64,000 nt of DNA, taken from contig SUXM01000011.1 of NCBI GenBank assembly GCA_015060925.1, positions 247 through 64,246 of the forward strand, read 5' to 3'. This DNA is from Parabacteroides distasonis (lineage in GTDB: Bacteria > Bacteroidota > Bacteroidia > Bacteroidales > Tannerellaceae). A program made the translations under genes and the position numbers. Positions 19,533 to 30,897 of this stretch are shown here, piece after piece. The notes under the pieces were generated by a model that searched no databases, was not told the DNA's origin, and saw only the letters and a list, made by a program, of their open reading frames with translations. The first letter of the stretch is position 1. Every line of letters starts with the position of its first letter.

Positions 19533-22229
19533 TTAGGCTTTTCTTACTCTGCTGATTAGGCGGGCGAATTCTCCGATCCATAAGACAAGTGAAGTCGAGC
19601 CGATGATGATTCCCCAATCTTTCCATGTTAATGGAGTAACACTGAACATCTCTCCTCCGAAGGTCACAATTAGGTATTGTCCGATGATGATGAGTAATGC
19701 GACAAATAGGAAGCTTTTGCACTCTTTTAAGTTTGCAAAGGCTGAACGGCCTTCCATAAAGGCTTTTGCATTGAACATATTCCAGAATTGAAGCATTACA
19801 AAGAAGCTGAAGAACCAAGACAGGAAGTATTCATGCTTTTCGGGAGATAAGCTTTCTTGTGTTTGGATATACAGTAACAGCCCGATAAGTATTGCTACAA
19901 AGGTTAAACCTACTCCAAAGATGTTATAAGCCATCGGACGGGTAATGATGAAATCTCCTCCTTCACCACTTTTACGAGGTTGGTCTTTCATCACACGTTC
20001 GTTGGGAGGGAGAGAGGCCAATGCTCCGGCTGCAAATGTATCCATAATCAAATTGACCCAAAGCATTTGGGTGATGGTCAAAGGAGATTCTGCTCCCAGT
20101 AAGGAACCTAATAGGACAATGAAGCAGGCTGCCACATTGATTGTTAATTGGAACAACAGGAACTTTTGGATGTTTCGATACAAAGAGCGTCCCCACATGA
20201 CTGCACGGGTAATGCTACTGAATGAATTGTCGATAATGGTAATATCGCTTGCCTCTTTCGCTACAGATGTACCGTCTCCCATGGATAAACCAACTTGTGC
20301 TGCTTTTAATGCCGGAGCATCATTTGTCCCATCGCCTGTTACAGCTACAACCGCGTTTTTCTGTTGGAGAAGTTGAACCAATCGTTGTTTGTCAGTCGGA
20401 CGAGCACGGCACATAATCTTCAAATCTAATACACGATCCAATGCCTCTTCATCGCTTAATGCTTCAAATCCCGGACCGGTAATGATATTACGGTCAGTAT
20501 CTTCCGTATTCCAAATACCAATTTGTCGACCGATTTCTTTTGCTGTTCCCGGTGTGTCTCCTGTCACGATTTTGATGTTGATACCGGCGTCCAAACAGCT
20601 TTGTACTGCTGCCGGAACATCTGCACGTACAGGGTCGGATATAGCAACAATCCCTACATAGGTAAGGTCTGTATTGTGTAGGCGGCCGTTGACAAAGAAA
20701 GAGGCCTCTTGGTTGTCATCTAATATTTGATAAGCAAATCCCAATGTTCGCATCGCTTGGTTTTGATAGTCCAGTAACTGCTTTTCGATGACAGACTGAC
20801 TCTCTTCTACGGTTTGGTAAGTGTCTCCCATTGCGACACGATTACAGTTGGCCAAGACTATTTCAGGTGCCCCTTTCACATATAGAACCCGTTTCCCTAT
20901 CAATGGCGATTGCACGACTGTTGCCATATATTTCCGCTCAGTAGAGAAGGTTAATTGATCCAATATACGTGCATTTTCCCTATATGTAAGGTAGTTCTCC
21001 TGTTGATTGTTCAGCCATAACAATAGAGCGGCCTCAGTTGGATTTCCTAACGTTTTTATCTTATCTTCTGAAAAATCCAAGAAGGCAGTGGAATTGACTG
21101 ATATACCTTCTTTGATAAGGTTACTCAGTTCGTCTTCGCCCAATTGTTGGTCTTTCAAGTTGTAGAACCGGGTTTCGTGTACCTGCATTTGGTTTTGAGT
21201 GAGTGTTCCTGTCTTATCAGTACAGATAACCGTGGTTGCTCCCATTGTTTCGCATGCGTGCATCTTACGGACAAGATTGTTGGTTTTCAACATCCGGTTC
21301 ATGCTAAGAGCCAAACTTAAAGTTACACTCATAGGTAATCCTTCCGGAACGGATACTACGATAAGTGTTACGGCTACCATGAAAATATTTAGAATTTGCG
21401 AAATTATATCCATGATAGGCATGCCGGAAGAGGATAATAACACTTTGGTCAATAAGGCAACAAATGTAATAGCTGCAATCGTGTAACCGGCTTTGCTGAT
21501 TACATTGGCCAATCCGGCTAACTGCATTTGCAGTGGGGTGTCTATGTTATTATCTATTTGAGAGCCTTCATATACTTTACCGTAACCGGTTTGGTCACCA
21601 ACCTTTTCCACTTGCATCACACCATGACCGTCCACAACTGTTGTCCCACGCATTACAACATTGGATGGATAGGTGGCATCTTTGTCAAAATCTGCCTCAT
21701 TCGTGGTTTTGCTGATAATAGGTTCCCCGGTTAAGGTAGATTCATTGATTTGCATAGAGACTGCTTCCAATAGTTTACCATCGGCCGGAACCTCTTCTCC
21801 TGTCTCTAAGACGACAATATCACCTACTACCACCTCTTTGCGAGGAATTTGGCAGATATGTCCCTCTCTGATGACCTTGACTAAAATATCATCATTGACA
21901 GTGTTTAATACTTCAAAAGCACGGTTGGCTTTTACTTCAAAGAAGAAGCCGACACACGATGCTAACATGATTGCAAAGAAGATACCAATGGGTTCAAGAA
22001 AGGCGGTGAACCCTTTTGCCTCCGGTCCCCAACAGTGGACACCGGCAATAATCATGGATAATCCCCAAGCTACTAACAAAATTTTGATAATAGGATCATC
22101 GAATTTTTCCAGAAATTGACTCCATAAAGAGGCTTTCTCCGGAGGGGTAAGGATGTTTTCTCCATAAAGGCGTTTGTTCTCTTCTACTTCTTGTTTAGTT
22201 AAGCCTTGATATTGATTCTTACGTTCCAT
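19533..22229 (-). CDS. Calcium-translocating P-type ATPase (PMCA-like)
   Basis: DKTGTLT phosphorylation site, VPEGLP, TGDGTNDAPALK, QMLWVNLIMDT. Confidence 0.93.
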   Translation of the reverse strand: MERKNQYQGLTKQEVEENKRLYGENILTPPEKASLWSQFLEKFDDPIIKILLVAWGLSMIIAGVHCWGPEAKGFTAFLEPIGIFFAIMLASCVGFFFEVKANRAFEVLNTVNDDILVKVIREGHICQIPRKEVVVGDIVVLETGEEVPADGKLLEAVSMQINESTLTGEPIISKTTNEADFDKDATYPSNVVMRGTTVVDGHGVMQVEKVGDQTGYGKVYEGSQIDNNIDTPLQMQLAGLANVISKAGYTIAAITFVALLTKVLLSSSGMPIMDIISQILNIFMVAVTLIVVSVPEGLPMSVTLSLALSMNRMLKTNNLVRKMHACETMGATTVICTDKTGTLTQNQMQVHETRFYNLKDQQLGEDELSNLIKEGISVNSTAFLDFSEDKIKTLGNPTEAALLLWLNNQQENYLTYRENARILDQLTFSTERKYMATVVQSPLIGKRVLYVKGAPEIVLANCNRVAMGDTYQTVEESQSVIEKQLLDYQNQAMRTLGFAYQILDDNQEASFFVNGRLHNTDLTYVGIVAISDPVRADVPAAVQSCLDAGINIKIVTGDTPGTAKEIGRQIGIWNTEDTDRNIITGPGFEALSDEEALDRVLDLKIMCRARPTDKQRLVQLLQQKNAVVAVTGDGTNDAPALKAAQVGLSMGDGTSVAKEASDITIIDNSFSSITRAVMWGRSLYRNIQKFLLFQLTINVAACFIVLLGSLLGAESPLTITQMLWVNLIMDTFAAGALASLPPNERVMKDQPRKSGEGGDFIITRPMAYNIFGVGLTFVAILIGLLLYIQTQESLSPEKHEYFLSWFFSFFVMLQFWNMFNAKAFMEGRSAFANLKECKSFLFVALLIIIGQYLIVTFGGEMFSVTPLTWKDWGIIIGSTSLVLWIGEFARLISRVRKA

Positions 22230-22296
22230 ATATATAGTGTTTCAAAATAAGTCGGCAAATAAACGAAAGTTCATGTGAATAAACAAATATAGGGTG

Positions 22297-23220
22297 TTAA
22301 ATAAATAAACGACCCTGATAAGTTTTTCGTTCGGCAATGCGTTTATTTACTTTGGCTGTAAATTCAAAGTTTTTTAGTCCCCAATCAGGAGCGATCAGTA
22401 GCTCTTTAGGTGATTGGGAAACGAACCGTTCAACCACAATATTAGGATTTAATCGTTCAATGAAATCAATGACTAAATCAATGTATTCATCGGCGGTATA
22501 AAGATGGAACTGTTCGGGGTGTTCTTCCTGTTCTTTCGCCATGCGGGTGTTACGGATGAGTTGTAATTGATGTAGCTTGAGAGTCGTGATAGGTAATGCC
22601 GAGAGTATATCAGCGTGATGTAAGATCTCTTCTCGGTTCTCCCCGGGTAGCCCTAAAATCAGATGGGCGCCGGTATGGATGCCTCGTCCGGCTGTCCGTC
22701 GTATAGCCTCTTCCGATTCGGCATGCGTATGTCCCCGATTGATACGGATAAGCGTACGGTCCAAAGTGCTTTCCAAACCATATTCGATCATGACAAATCT
22801 CTTTTGGGAAAGCATGGTGAAATAATCCAATAACTCATCCGGCATACAATCCGGACGAGTACCAACAATTAGGCCGACAACATCAGGGAAGGAGAGAGCC
22901 TCTTCATATTTGGCAATCAACTTGTCAATCTTGTCGTAAGTGTTGGTGTAAGCTTGGAAGTAGGCCAAGTATTTCATTTCCGGATATTTGCGGGAGAAGA
23001 ACCGAATTCCTTCTGCTAATTGTTCCTTTACACTTTTTTCCGTATGGCAATATTCCGGACTGAAGGTTTGGTTGTTGCAATACGTACAACCACCGAACCC
23101 TTTTGTCCCGTCACGATTAGGGCAGGTAAATCCGGCATTGATGGATATTTTTTGAACTTTGTAAGGGAATGCCTCTTTTAAGAATTGGCTGAAATCACGA
23201 TAGGCTTTATTTGTTTCCAT
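22297..23220 (-). CDS. Radical SAM protein, TIGR01212/YhcC family
   Basis: GFTCPNRDG...GGCTYC, YFQAYTNTY, GTRPDC. Confidence 0.9.
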   Translation of the reverse strand: METNKAYRDFSQFLKEAFPYKVQKISINAGFTCPNRDGTKGFGGCTYCNNQTFSPEYCHTEKSVKEQLAEGIRFFSRKYPEMKYLAYFQAYTNTYDKIDKLIAKYEEALSFPDVVGLIVGTRPDCMPDELLDYFTMLSQKRFVMIEYGLESTLDRTLIRINRGHTHAESEEAIRRTAGRGIHTGAHLILGLPGENREEILHHADILSALPITTLKLHQLQLIRNTRMAKEQEEHPEQFHLYTADEYIDLVIDFIERLNPNIVVERFVSQSPKELLIAPDWGLKNFEFTAKVNKRIAERKTYQGRLFI

Positions 23221-23411
23221 GCAGACAAAGGTAGTTTATAATCGTAAAAGAACCATATAGGGTTGCGGATAATTTTGTGAAAAGAGATTTATAACCATTT
23301 ATTCTATATAAATAACCTTTAATACTTTTCTAAATTCAATCATATTTGATAGAATGTACTAACTTTGCACATATATTATATCACGGAATAAATTAGAAAA
23401 ACAAATTATAA

Positions 23412-25589
23412 ATGAGAAAGTTTTATATTGCAGCAACTTTGCTTTCTCTCTTGTTAGCAGGGGAAACTTATGCTCAAAATGGTGGAAAACGTGTTGAGCT
23501 TAAAGAAATCACAGATGGCCGTTTTTCTCAAGTAACAAATACTGGGGAGATGCGCTCATTACCGGATGGAGAACATTATACAGCCATGAATGACGCCCGT
23601 AATATGATTATCAAGTACTCTTATCGTACGGGTAATCCGGTAGACACTTTGTTTAATACCCAAAAGGCGCGTGAATGTACGTTTGATACTTTTGAAGGAT
23701 ATTCCATCAGCAGTACGGGACATCATATTTTGGTTTGGCGGGATACCGAACGTATCTATCGCCGCTCTTTCCGTGCGAATGTTTATAATTATGATGTACG
23801 CCGTAATTATGTGAAGCCACTTTCTGATTCCAAAAGCAAGCAAATGATTCCGACCTTCTCTCCGGATGGCAGAATGGTCGCTTATGTGAGTGATAATAAT
23901 ATTTGGATTCGTAAGTTTGATTTTGATACGGAAGTTCAAGTGACCAAAGATGGTGAATTGAATAAAATATTGAATGGTATAACCGATTGGGTATATGAAG
24001 AGGAGTTTTCGGTTACAAATTTGATGGCTTGGTCTCCGAATAGCCAGCAATTGGCTTTTGTCCGTTTTGATGAATCGGAAGTCCCGCAATTCTCCATGCA
24101 GATGTATAGAGATGGTTTGTATCCGGAGTATTACAATTACAAATATCCGAAAGCAGGAGAAAAAAATTCCAAGGTCACGCTACATGCGTATGATGTGATG
24201 ACTAAGGATACAAAGACCTTGAATGTTCCAATCGAAGAGGATAGTTATATTCCTCGGATTGCCTTTACAAATAATTCCGATCAGTTGGCGGTAATGACGT
24301 TGAACCGCCATCAGAATATCTTTAATATGTATTATGCAAATCCTAAAAGCGGGGTGTTCCGCTTGATTTTGCGTGATGAGAATAAAGCGTATGTGGATTC
24401 AGAGTGGTTAAGCTCGATCCATTTCTATGATAACTGTTTCTCTTACGTGAATGAGCAAGATGGTTACGCACATATTTACTTGTATTCTCCAACTGGTGTC
24501 TTGCAACGTCAAGTAACCAAAGGTAATTGGGATGTGACTGCCTTTTTAGGTTATGATGAGGCGACAAAGACTGTTTATTATCAATCGGCAGAAGAGAGCC
24601 CGATGCGTCGTGCTATTTATAAAGTGGATGCTAAGGGGGTTAAAACCAAACTATCCAAGCAAGAGGGTACAAACAATGCTGTATTCAGCAGTAATTATGC
24701 TTACTATGTAAACAAATATTCCAATGCAAATACACCGATGAAGATTACGGTCAATGAAACGAAGGCAAATAAGGTGTTACGTGTTTTGCAGGATAATGCC
24801 CGTCTTAATGAAAAGTTGGCCGGTTATACTTATGCAAAGAAAGAATTTATCAAGTTACATACTGCCTCTGATATTGAACTGAATGCGTGGATTGTGAAGC
24901 CGATAGATTTTGATGAATCAAAGAAGTATCCGGTATTGATGTTCCAATACAGTGGCCCAAATTCACAGAAAGCATTAGATGCGTATAGCTTTGATTGGGA
25001 ACAATATCTGGCTACAAAAGGTATCATTACGGTTTGTGTGGATGGACGTGGTACCGGTGCACGTGGTGAGGCTTTCCGTAAATGTACTTATTTGAAGATG
25101 GGTGTATTGGAATCCAAAGACCAGGTAGAGGCTGCTCATGCGTTGGCTAAGTTACCTTTTGTGGATAAAGACCGTATGGCTATATGGGGATGGAGCTTTG
25201 GTGGTTATAATACATTGATGGCAATGAGTGTCGGAAATGGTACTTTTAAAGCTGGTATAGCGGTAGCTCCTCCTACGGATTGGAAGTATTATGATACGGT
25301 TTATACAGAACGTTTCATGCGTACTCCAAAAGAAAATTTTGAGGGTTATGCCGTAACATCACCGATCCGTTTGGCTAAAGATTTGCAGGGAAAATTGTTG
25401 TTGGTACATGGTACTGCCGATGATAATGTACACTTCCAACAGACAATGGATTATGCTGAGGCATTGGTGCAAGCCGGAAAGCAGTTTGATATGCAGGTGT
25501 ATAAGGATCGAAACCATAGCATTTATGGGGGAAATACCCGTTATCATTTGTATACTCGGATGTCTAATTTCTTATTTGATAATTTATAA
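23412..25589 (+). CDS. Dipeptidyl peptidase IV (S9B family)
   Basis: DWVYEEE, YPKAG, GWSFGG nucleophile motif, HGTADDNVH. Confidence 0.93.
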   Translation: MRKFYIAATLLSLLLAGETYAQNGGKRVELKEITDGRFSQVTNTGEMRSLPDGEHYTAMNDARNMIIKYSYRTGNPVDTLFNTQKARECTFDTFEGYSISSTGHHILVWRDTERIYRRSFRANVYNYDVRRNYVKPLSDSKSKQMIPTFSPDGRMVAYVSDNNIWIRKFDFDTEVQVTKDGELNKILNGITDWVYEEEFSVTNLMAWSPNSQQLAFVRFDESEVPQFSMQMYRDGLYPEYYNYKYPKAGEKNSKVTLHAYDVMTKDTKTLNVPIEEDSYIPRIAFTNNSDQLAVMTLNRHQNIFNMYYANPKSGVFRLILRDENKAYVDSEWLSSIHFYDNCFSYVNEQDGYAHIYLYSPTGVLQRQVTKGNWDVTAFLGYDEATKTVYYQSAEESPMRRAIYKVDAKGVKTKLSKQEGTNNAVFSSNYAYYVNKYSNANTPMKITVNETKANKVLRVLQDNARLNEKLAGYTYAKKEFIKLHTASDIELNAWIVKPIDFDESKKYPVLMFQYSGPNSQKALDAYSFDWEQYLATKGIITVCVDGRGTGARGEAFRKCTYLKMGVLESKDQVEAAHALAKLPFVDKDRMAIWGWSFGGYNTLMAMSVGNGTFKAGIAVAPPTDWKYYDTVYTERFMRTPKENFEGYAVTSPIRLAKDLQGKLLLVHGTADDNVHFQQTMDYAEALVQAGKQFDMQVYKDRNHSIYGGNTRYHLYTRMSNFLFDNL

Positions 25590-26434
25590 TGTCGGAGCAT
25601 GTAAGAAAGCCGGATTGGTTGAAAATCCGGTTTCGGGGAAATGAACAGTTTACTCGAACAAAAAGTATTGTGGAAAATCACTGTTTACATACGATTTGTA
25701 CCAGTGGCAAGTGTCCCAATATGGGGGAATGTTGGAGTCGAGGAACTGCTACGTTCATGATTGCAGGGGATATTTGTACCCGTTCTTGCCGTTTCTGTAA
25801 TACATTGACAGGTAAACCGCTCCCGTTAGACCCGAAAGAACCGGCCAATGTAGCGGAAAGCATTCGTCTCATGCAATTGAAACATGCAGTGATAACCTCT
25901 GTTGACCGAGATGATCTGCCTGATTTAGGAGCACAACATTGGGCTGAAACGATACGGGTGGTAAAAGAGGTAAATCCTGAAACGACAGTAGAGGTGTTAA
26001 TTCCTGATTTTCAAGGACGTTTGGAGTTGGTTGATAAAGTAATAGGTGCGGCTCCGGAAATTATATCCCATAATATGGAAACTGTACGGAGGATATCTCC
26101 GGAAGTTCGTAGTGCAGCCAAATATGAAACCAGTCTTTCTGTTTTGAAGCATATAGCGGAACAAGGTGTGGTTGCTAAAACCGGTATCATGGTTGGGTTA
26201 GGTGAGACGATCGAAGAGGTGTATGAATTGATGGATGATGTTAGAGCAGTGGGGGGTTCTGTCTTGACTATTGGTCAATATTTACAACCCAGTCGGAAAA
26301 ATATTCCGGTAAAGGAATACGTTTCTCCGGAACAATTTGTTATGTATAGAACAGTTGCTTTGGATAAAGGTTTTAAGCATGTGGAAAGTGCTCCATTAGT
26401 ACGTTCTTCCTATCATGCAGAAAAACATGTCTGA
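25589..26434 (+). CDS. lipA: Lipoyl synthase
   Basis: CTSGKCPNMGEC, CTRSCRFC, RSSYHA. Confidence 0.97.
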   Translation: MSEHVRKPDWLKIRFRGNEQFTRTKSIVENHCLHTICTSGKCPNMGECWSRGTATFMIAGDICTRSCRFCNTLTGKPLPLDPKEPANVAESIRLMQLKHAVITSVDRDDLPDLGAQHWAETIRVVKEVNPETTVEVLIPDFQGRLELVDKVIGAAPEIISHNMETVRRISPEVRSAAKYETSLSVLKHIAEQGVVAKTGIMVGLGETIEEVYELMDDVRAVGGSVLTIGQYLQPSRKNIPVKEYVSPEQFVMYRTVALDKGFKHVESAPLVRSSYHAEKHV

Positions 26435-26465
26435 ATCGTAAATCATTTGATAGGATTTATTTGTT

Positions 26466-27569
26466 ATGGGTAGCGTGAAAAAAGGTGTAGTAAATCAGGC
26501 TATGGGATTAATCCCTTTGTTGTTGTTAATGTTTCTTGACAACTATCTGCCCTATTTTTACTCTTTTGTATTAAGTGCATGTTTGGGGATTATCTCTCTT
26601 TGTCTTTTTAAAATCTTAAAGAAACGTGATACCTATTATTTTATTCTAAATCCGGTAGGAATAACGTTGCTTCTTTATTCTTTGTTTTTAGCTCTCCAGT
26701 TCTCATTCATTCTGCATCTTTATTTACCGCTTGTCATAGAGATATTATTGGTGTTGAGTTTATTCTTTGTTGGGATTTTTAAAAATGTGATTTTCCAGCA
26801 TATAAGATTGAACAAAGAGAATCCTTATAAGCTGGCATGGCAACGTTTGATGTGGGAAGAGTCTCTTTATATAGCTAAACTGATACAATTTTTTTATACA
26901 TTGCATCTTTTCGGATTACTATTGTATGGCATCCTGCCAGAGAGTATGAAAGAACCGGATATTAGTCTCTTCTTGTATCGGAAGTTTGGTTTTGGGATAG
27001 GTGTTTTGATTGTTGTTTATGGACAGATTCGTTTCTTTTGGATGAATAAAGCCCTTGACAAGGAGATGTGGTTACCGGTTTTGAATAATAAAGGAAATGT
27101 AGTGGGACGTGTGGCTTATTCTGTAAGTGATTCTTTACCCAAGGATCATTTTTTACCGGTTGTTCGTGTGGCGGTTATTTATAAAGGGATGTTTTATTTG
27201 GTACATCAAGGAGAGAAAGCTTTATTCTTCCCTGATAAGATTGATTATCCTTTTAGTAGTTATCTTCAATATAGTCAAACAATGGAGAAGGCTGTACAGA
27301 CGATGATTAGTGGGGATGACTCTTTAAAACCTCGCTTCTTGGTTCGTTATATATTTGAAAATGAAAAGTTAAAGCATTGGGTGAGCTTATTCGTCTTACG
27401 AATCCAAACGGAAAAATCTTTTGAACAAATCAAAAAGGATACAGGTAAATTATGGACTGTGAAGCAAATAGAAGAGAATCTTAATTCGGGTATTTTCAGT
27501 GATTATTTGAAAGAAGAATTTGGATATTTGCAAAGTACAGTCCTGTTTGTCGAGAACTTGAATAAGTAG
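26466..27569 (+). CDS. Membrane protein with a C-terminal degenerate Nudix/IDI-like domain
   Basis: About 6 hydrophobic helices, then WLPVLNNKGNVVG...PVVRVAVIYKGMFYL. Confidence 0.6.
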   Translation: MGSVKKGVVNQAMGLIPLLLLMFLDNYLPYFYSFVLSACLGIISLCLFKILKKRDTYYFILNPVGITLLLYSLFLALQFSFILHLYLPLVIEILLVLSLFFVGIFKNVIFQHIRLNKENPYKLAWQRLMWEESLYIAKLIQFFYTLHLFGLLLYGILPESMKEPDISLFLYRKFGFGIGVLIVVYGQIRFFWMNKALDKEMWLPVLNNKGNVVGRVAYSVSDSLPKDHFLPVVRVAVIYKGMFYLVHQGEKALFFPDKIDYPFSSYLQYSQTMEKAVQTMISGDDSLKPRFLVRYIFENEKLKHWVSLFVLRIQTEKSFEQIKKDTGKLWTVKQIEENLNSGIFSDYLKEEFGYLQSTVLFVENLNK

Positions 27570-27572
27570 CAA

Positions 27573-28067
27573 TTACCGATGTCCGAGTTCGATGACCTCC
27601 AAATCTTTAATCTGTTTGCCATCAATGGCGAAACGGATTAATGTCCTAACTTGATGGAATCCACTTTTGCCCGCAGCCCCAGGGTTTATATGCAGGCAAT
27701 TGAGTGTTTGGTCGAAAGCAACTTTCAGAATATGGGAATGACCAGCAATGAATAGGTCTGGGCGCTTGTCATACAACTCTTTTCGGATAGCAGGATAATA
27801 ACGTCCGGGATAACCTCCTATATGTGTCATCATCACTTTGACCTCCTCTACCGTAAAGTGAAGGACTAAGGGATATTGGATGCGTATGGGATATCCGTCT
27901 ATATTCCCACAAACAGCTCGCAAAGGTTTTAAGGCGGATAACTTGTTGGCAACCTCTTCCGAACCGATATCACCGGCATGCCAAATCTCATCACAATCGG
28001 CGAAATACTCTGCATATTTCTCATCCCACCAGGCATGCGTATCTGAAAGTAAACCTATTTTTAACAT
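27573..28067 (-). CDS. YfcE-like metallophosphoesterase
   Basis: SDTH, HAGDIG, GNID, GHSH, NPG. Confidence 0.9.
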   Translation of the reverse strand: MLKIGLLSDTHAWWDEKYAEYFADCDEIWHAGDIGSEEVANKLSALKPLRAVCGNIDGYPIRIQYPLVLHFTVEEVKVMMTHIGGYPGRYYPAIRKELYDKRPDLFIAGHSHILKVAFDQTLNCLHINPGAAGKSGFHQVRTLIRFAIDGKQIKDLEVIELGHR

Positions 28068-28154
28068 AAAGAATGTATTATATATGCAAAAGTAGGAAAA
28101 ACTCTGATTGAATCCATGAAAATAAGTATATTTACCGGACGAAGATCAAATACG

Positions 28155-30224
28155 ATGGAAACTGTACGGAAATATTTCAAGCGAGACATCAGTTGGCTGT
28201 CATTCAACTATCGGGTACTCTTGGAGGCGGAAGATGAAACGCTTCCTATCTATGAGCGTATTAAATTTCTTTCTATCTATTCTTCTAACTTGGAAGAGTT
28301 CTATGAGATACGTGTGGCTGAGCATCGGGGAGTCATTATGAAAAAGAATTACACCGAAGAGAGTGGGGCTGAAGCGGAAGAAGTCTTGGCTGAGATAACC
28401 GAAGAGGTCAATCGGCAACAGCGTGAGTATTACCGGATCTTTTCAAAGGTGTTGCAGGCTTTGAATCAAGAGAACATCTATTTGTATCAGGATAGTAGTC
28501 CAGAACCTTTCCATGAAGCTTTTATCCAGAACTTTTTTAATGAAGAGGTATTCCCTTTCCTCTCTCCTGTGATGATACAAGCCGGTGATATTCGTACATT
28601 TATACGTGACCGCCGTCTTTATTTGGTTATTCGCATGTGCAAGAAAAGCAAGCGGATGAAAGAACCGGATTATGTTCCGGAGTACCATTATGCTTTGATG
28701 AAAATTCCCTATTCCAAAGTGCCTCGGTTTATAGAACTTCCTCCACATGAAGGAAAGCATTATATCATGTTTATAGATGATATCATTCGGGCAAACTTAT
28801 CGAGTGTTTTCCCCGGTTATGTGGTAGAGAGTTGTTATAGTATCAAGATATCCCGGGATGCTGATATCTATTTGGATGATGAGAAGGGTGGCAATCTGTT
28901 GGAGAAGATTCGGAAGAAGGTGAAGAAGCGCAAGATTGGAGCATTGAGCCGGTTTATGTATGACAGCAGTATGCCGGCAGACTTCCTTCAGTTTATTTGT
29001 CAAGCGTTTGGAATTACTTCGGATGATTTGGTACAAGGGGGGCGGTATAATAATTTGCAGGATTTGGCAAAACTCCCAAATCCGAAAGGAAAAGTGCTGG
29101 AACAGGTTGTTCCCGCTCCTATGCGGATTCCTTTTTTGGATGAAACCGGATCGGTATTCAAGGCGGTTAAGAAACGAGACATCTTGTTACATTTCCCTTA
29201 TCAATCTTTTGATTATTTGATTCGTTTCTTGATGGAAGCGGCTTTTGACCCGAAGGTGGATGAAATCAAGATTACGCAATATCGGGTGGCTGAAAATTCG
29301 GCAGTGATAAATACGTTGATTAGTGCAGCTCAGAACGGGAAGAAAGTGACTGTTTTCGTAGAACTGAAAGCCCGTTTTGATGAAGAGAATAATATGAGTA
29401 CGGCTGAACGGATGGAACAGGCCGGTATTCGGATCATATATAGTATTCCTGGATTGAAGGTACATGCCAAAGTCGCTGTTATTTTACGAAAAGACACTGT
29501 GGATGGGAACAAGAGGCGGGACTTTGCCTATTTGAGTACAGGTAACTTTAATGAGAAAACGGCTCGTATTTATTCGGATATGGCACTGTTAACCTCCAAT
29601 GTGGATTTGATAAAGGATATAAATAAGGTCTTTGCAGTATTGGAGGGAAAATTGCATGAACCGACATTTCATCATTTGTTGGTTGCACGTTTTAATATGG
29701 TACCGGAACTGACACGTATGATTCGCCGTGAGGTGGAACATGTGAAAGCCGGTCGTAAAGGACGTATTGTTTTAAAGATGAACGGGCTTCATGATCAAAA
29801 TATGATTAATGAGTTATATGATGCCAGTGAGAATGGGGTAGAGATTGATCTGATAGTGCGGGGTATTTGTTGTTTGGTCCCCAATCAACCTTATAGTGCA
29901 AATATCAAGGTAACCCGTATTGTGGATATGTTTTTGGAACATTCCCGTATATGGTATTTCTATAATGATGGGGCAGAGGAGCTGTATTTGACTTCGGCTG
30001 ATTGGATGCGTCGTAATTTGAGCAGGCGGATAGAGACGGCTTTCCCGATTTGGGATCCGGAAATCAAACGGAGTATCATTGATATTTTGAAGATACAGTT
30101 GCAAGACAATGTGAAGGCCTGTTTGTTGGATGAACATTTGGGGAATCATTTCAAGCGGGATTCCCAAGCTGAAAAGGTGCGAGCACAATTAGCTATTTAT
30201 GATTATTTGAAAAAGAAGGGGTAG
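28155..30224 (+). CDS. ppk1: Polyphosphate kinase 1
   Basis: RDISWLSFNYRVL, SNLEEFYEIRVA, VELKARFDEENN, LEHSRI, SADWMRRNL; start placed at METV. Confidence 0.95.
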   Translation: METVRKYFKRDISWLSFNYRVLLEAEDETLPIYERIKFLSIYSSNLEEFYEIRVAEHRGVIMKKNYTEESGAEAEEVLAEITEEVNRQQREYYRIFSKVLQALNQENIYLYQDSSPEPFHEAFIQNFFNEEVFPFLSPVMIQAGDIRTFIRDRRLYLVIRMCKKSKRMKEPDYVPEYHYALMKIPYSKVPRFIELPPHEGKHYIMFIDDIIRANLSSVFPGYVVESCYSIKISRDADIYLDDEKGGNLLEKIRKKVKKRKIGALSRFMYDSSMPADFLQFICQAFGITSDDLVQGGRYNNLQDLAKLPNPKGKVLEQVVPAPMRIPFLDETGSVFKAVKKRDILLHFPYQSFDYLIRFLMEAAFDPKVDEIKITQYRVAENSAVINTLISAAQNGKKVTVFVELKARFDEENNMSTAERMEQAGIRIIYSIPGLKVHAKVAVILRKDTVDGNKRRDFAYLSTGNFNEKTARIYSDMALLTSNVDLIKDINKVFAVLEGKLHEPTFHHLLVARFNMVPELTRMIRREVEHVKAGRKGRIVLKMNGLHDQNMINELYDASENGVEIDLIVRGICCLVPNQPYSANIKVTRIVDMFLEHSRIWYFYNDGAEELYLTSADWMRRNLSRRIETAFPIWDPEIKRSIIDILKIQLQDNVKACLLDEHLGNHFKRDSQAEKVRAQLAIYDYLKKKG

Positions 30225-30228
30225 AGAG

Positions 30229-30897
30229 GTGGATTCATCTTGGATATACGTTTTGTTTAGTTTAGGTAGCATCGCTTTGATTACGGGTGCAGTCTTAGGC
30301 TACTTGTTCGGGCTTCGAGCAGGAGGGAGACGAGAACGTTTTATTCAAATGAAAGAGAAATTGAGACGAAATAAAGCTGCTGTTTTTAAACAACAAAAAG
30401 ACCGTTATGAATATGCGTTGCATATAAAGCAGTTGGAGTTAGAGATACAACAGTTGACTTCCGAATCGGATCTTTACAAAGAGCGTATGGCTGATTTGGA
30501 GTTTTATCAGCAGAAGCTACGTGAGAGTGAGAGAATCATTGCTGACTTATCTGATGAAAGAAAGGAAATATCAGATCAATCCGGTACGCTTTCTTTATTA
30601 GTTCAAATGAAGGAAGACCCTTTGCATGCAAACCTGACACGTACGGAATGGAATGAAATATTCCATTTGACTGACCAGTTATTTAATCATGTCTTGACTA
30701 CATTTAAAGAGCAGTATGCCATTACCCGCCATGAACAAGAAATTTGTTGTTTAGTTAAATGGAACTTTTCCCGTAAAGAACAGTTAGCTGTTTTTAATAA
30801 TACCTCTGAAGCCTTAACAAAATCAAAGAACCGATTGAAAAAGAAGTTCCAATTAGACGAGAAAAGTGATTTAGATACTTTTATTCGTTTGTTTTAA
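30229..30897 (+). CDS. Membrane-anchored protein with coiled coil and C-terminal LuxR-like HTH
   Basis: N-terminal TM helix; ITRHEQEICCLVKWNFS...EALTKSKNRLKKKFQL...LDTFIRLF tail typical of Bacteroidetes regulators. Confidence 0.65.
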   Translation: MDSSWIYVLFSLGSIALITGAVLGYLFGLRAGGRRERFIQMKEKLRRNKAAVFKQQKDRYEYALHIKQLELEIQQLTSESDLYKERMADLEFYQQKLRESERIIADLSDERKEISDQSGTLSLLVQMKEDPLHANLTRTEWNEIFHLTDQLFNHVLTTFKEQYAITRHEQEICCLVKWNFSRKEQLAVFNNTSEALTKSKNRLKKKFQLDEKSDLDTFIRLF

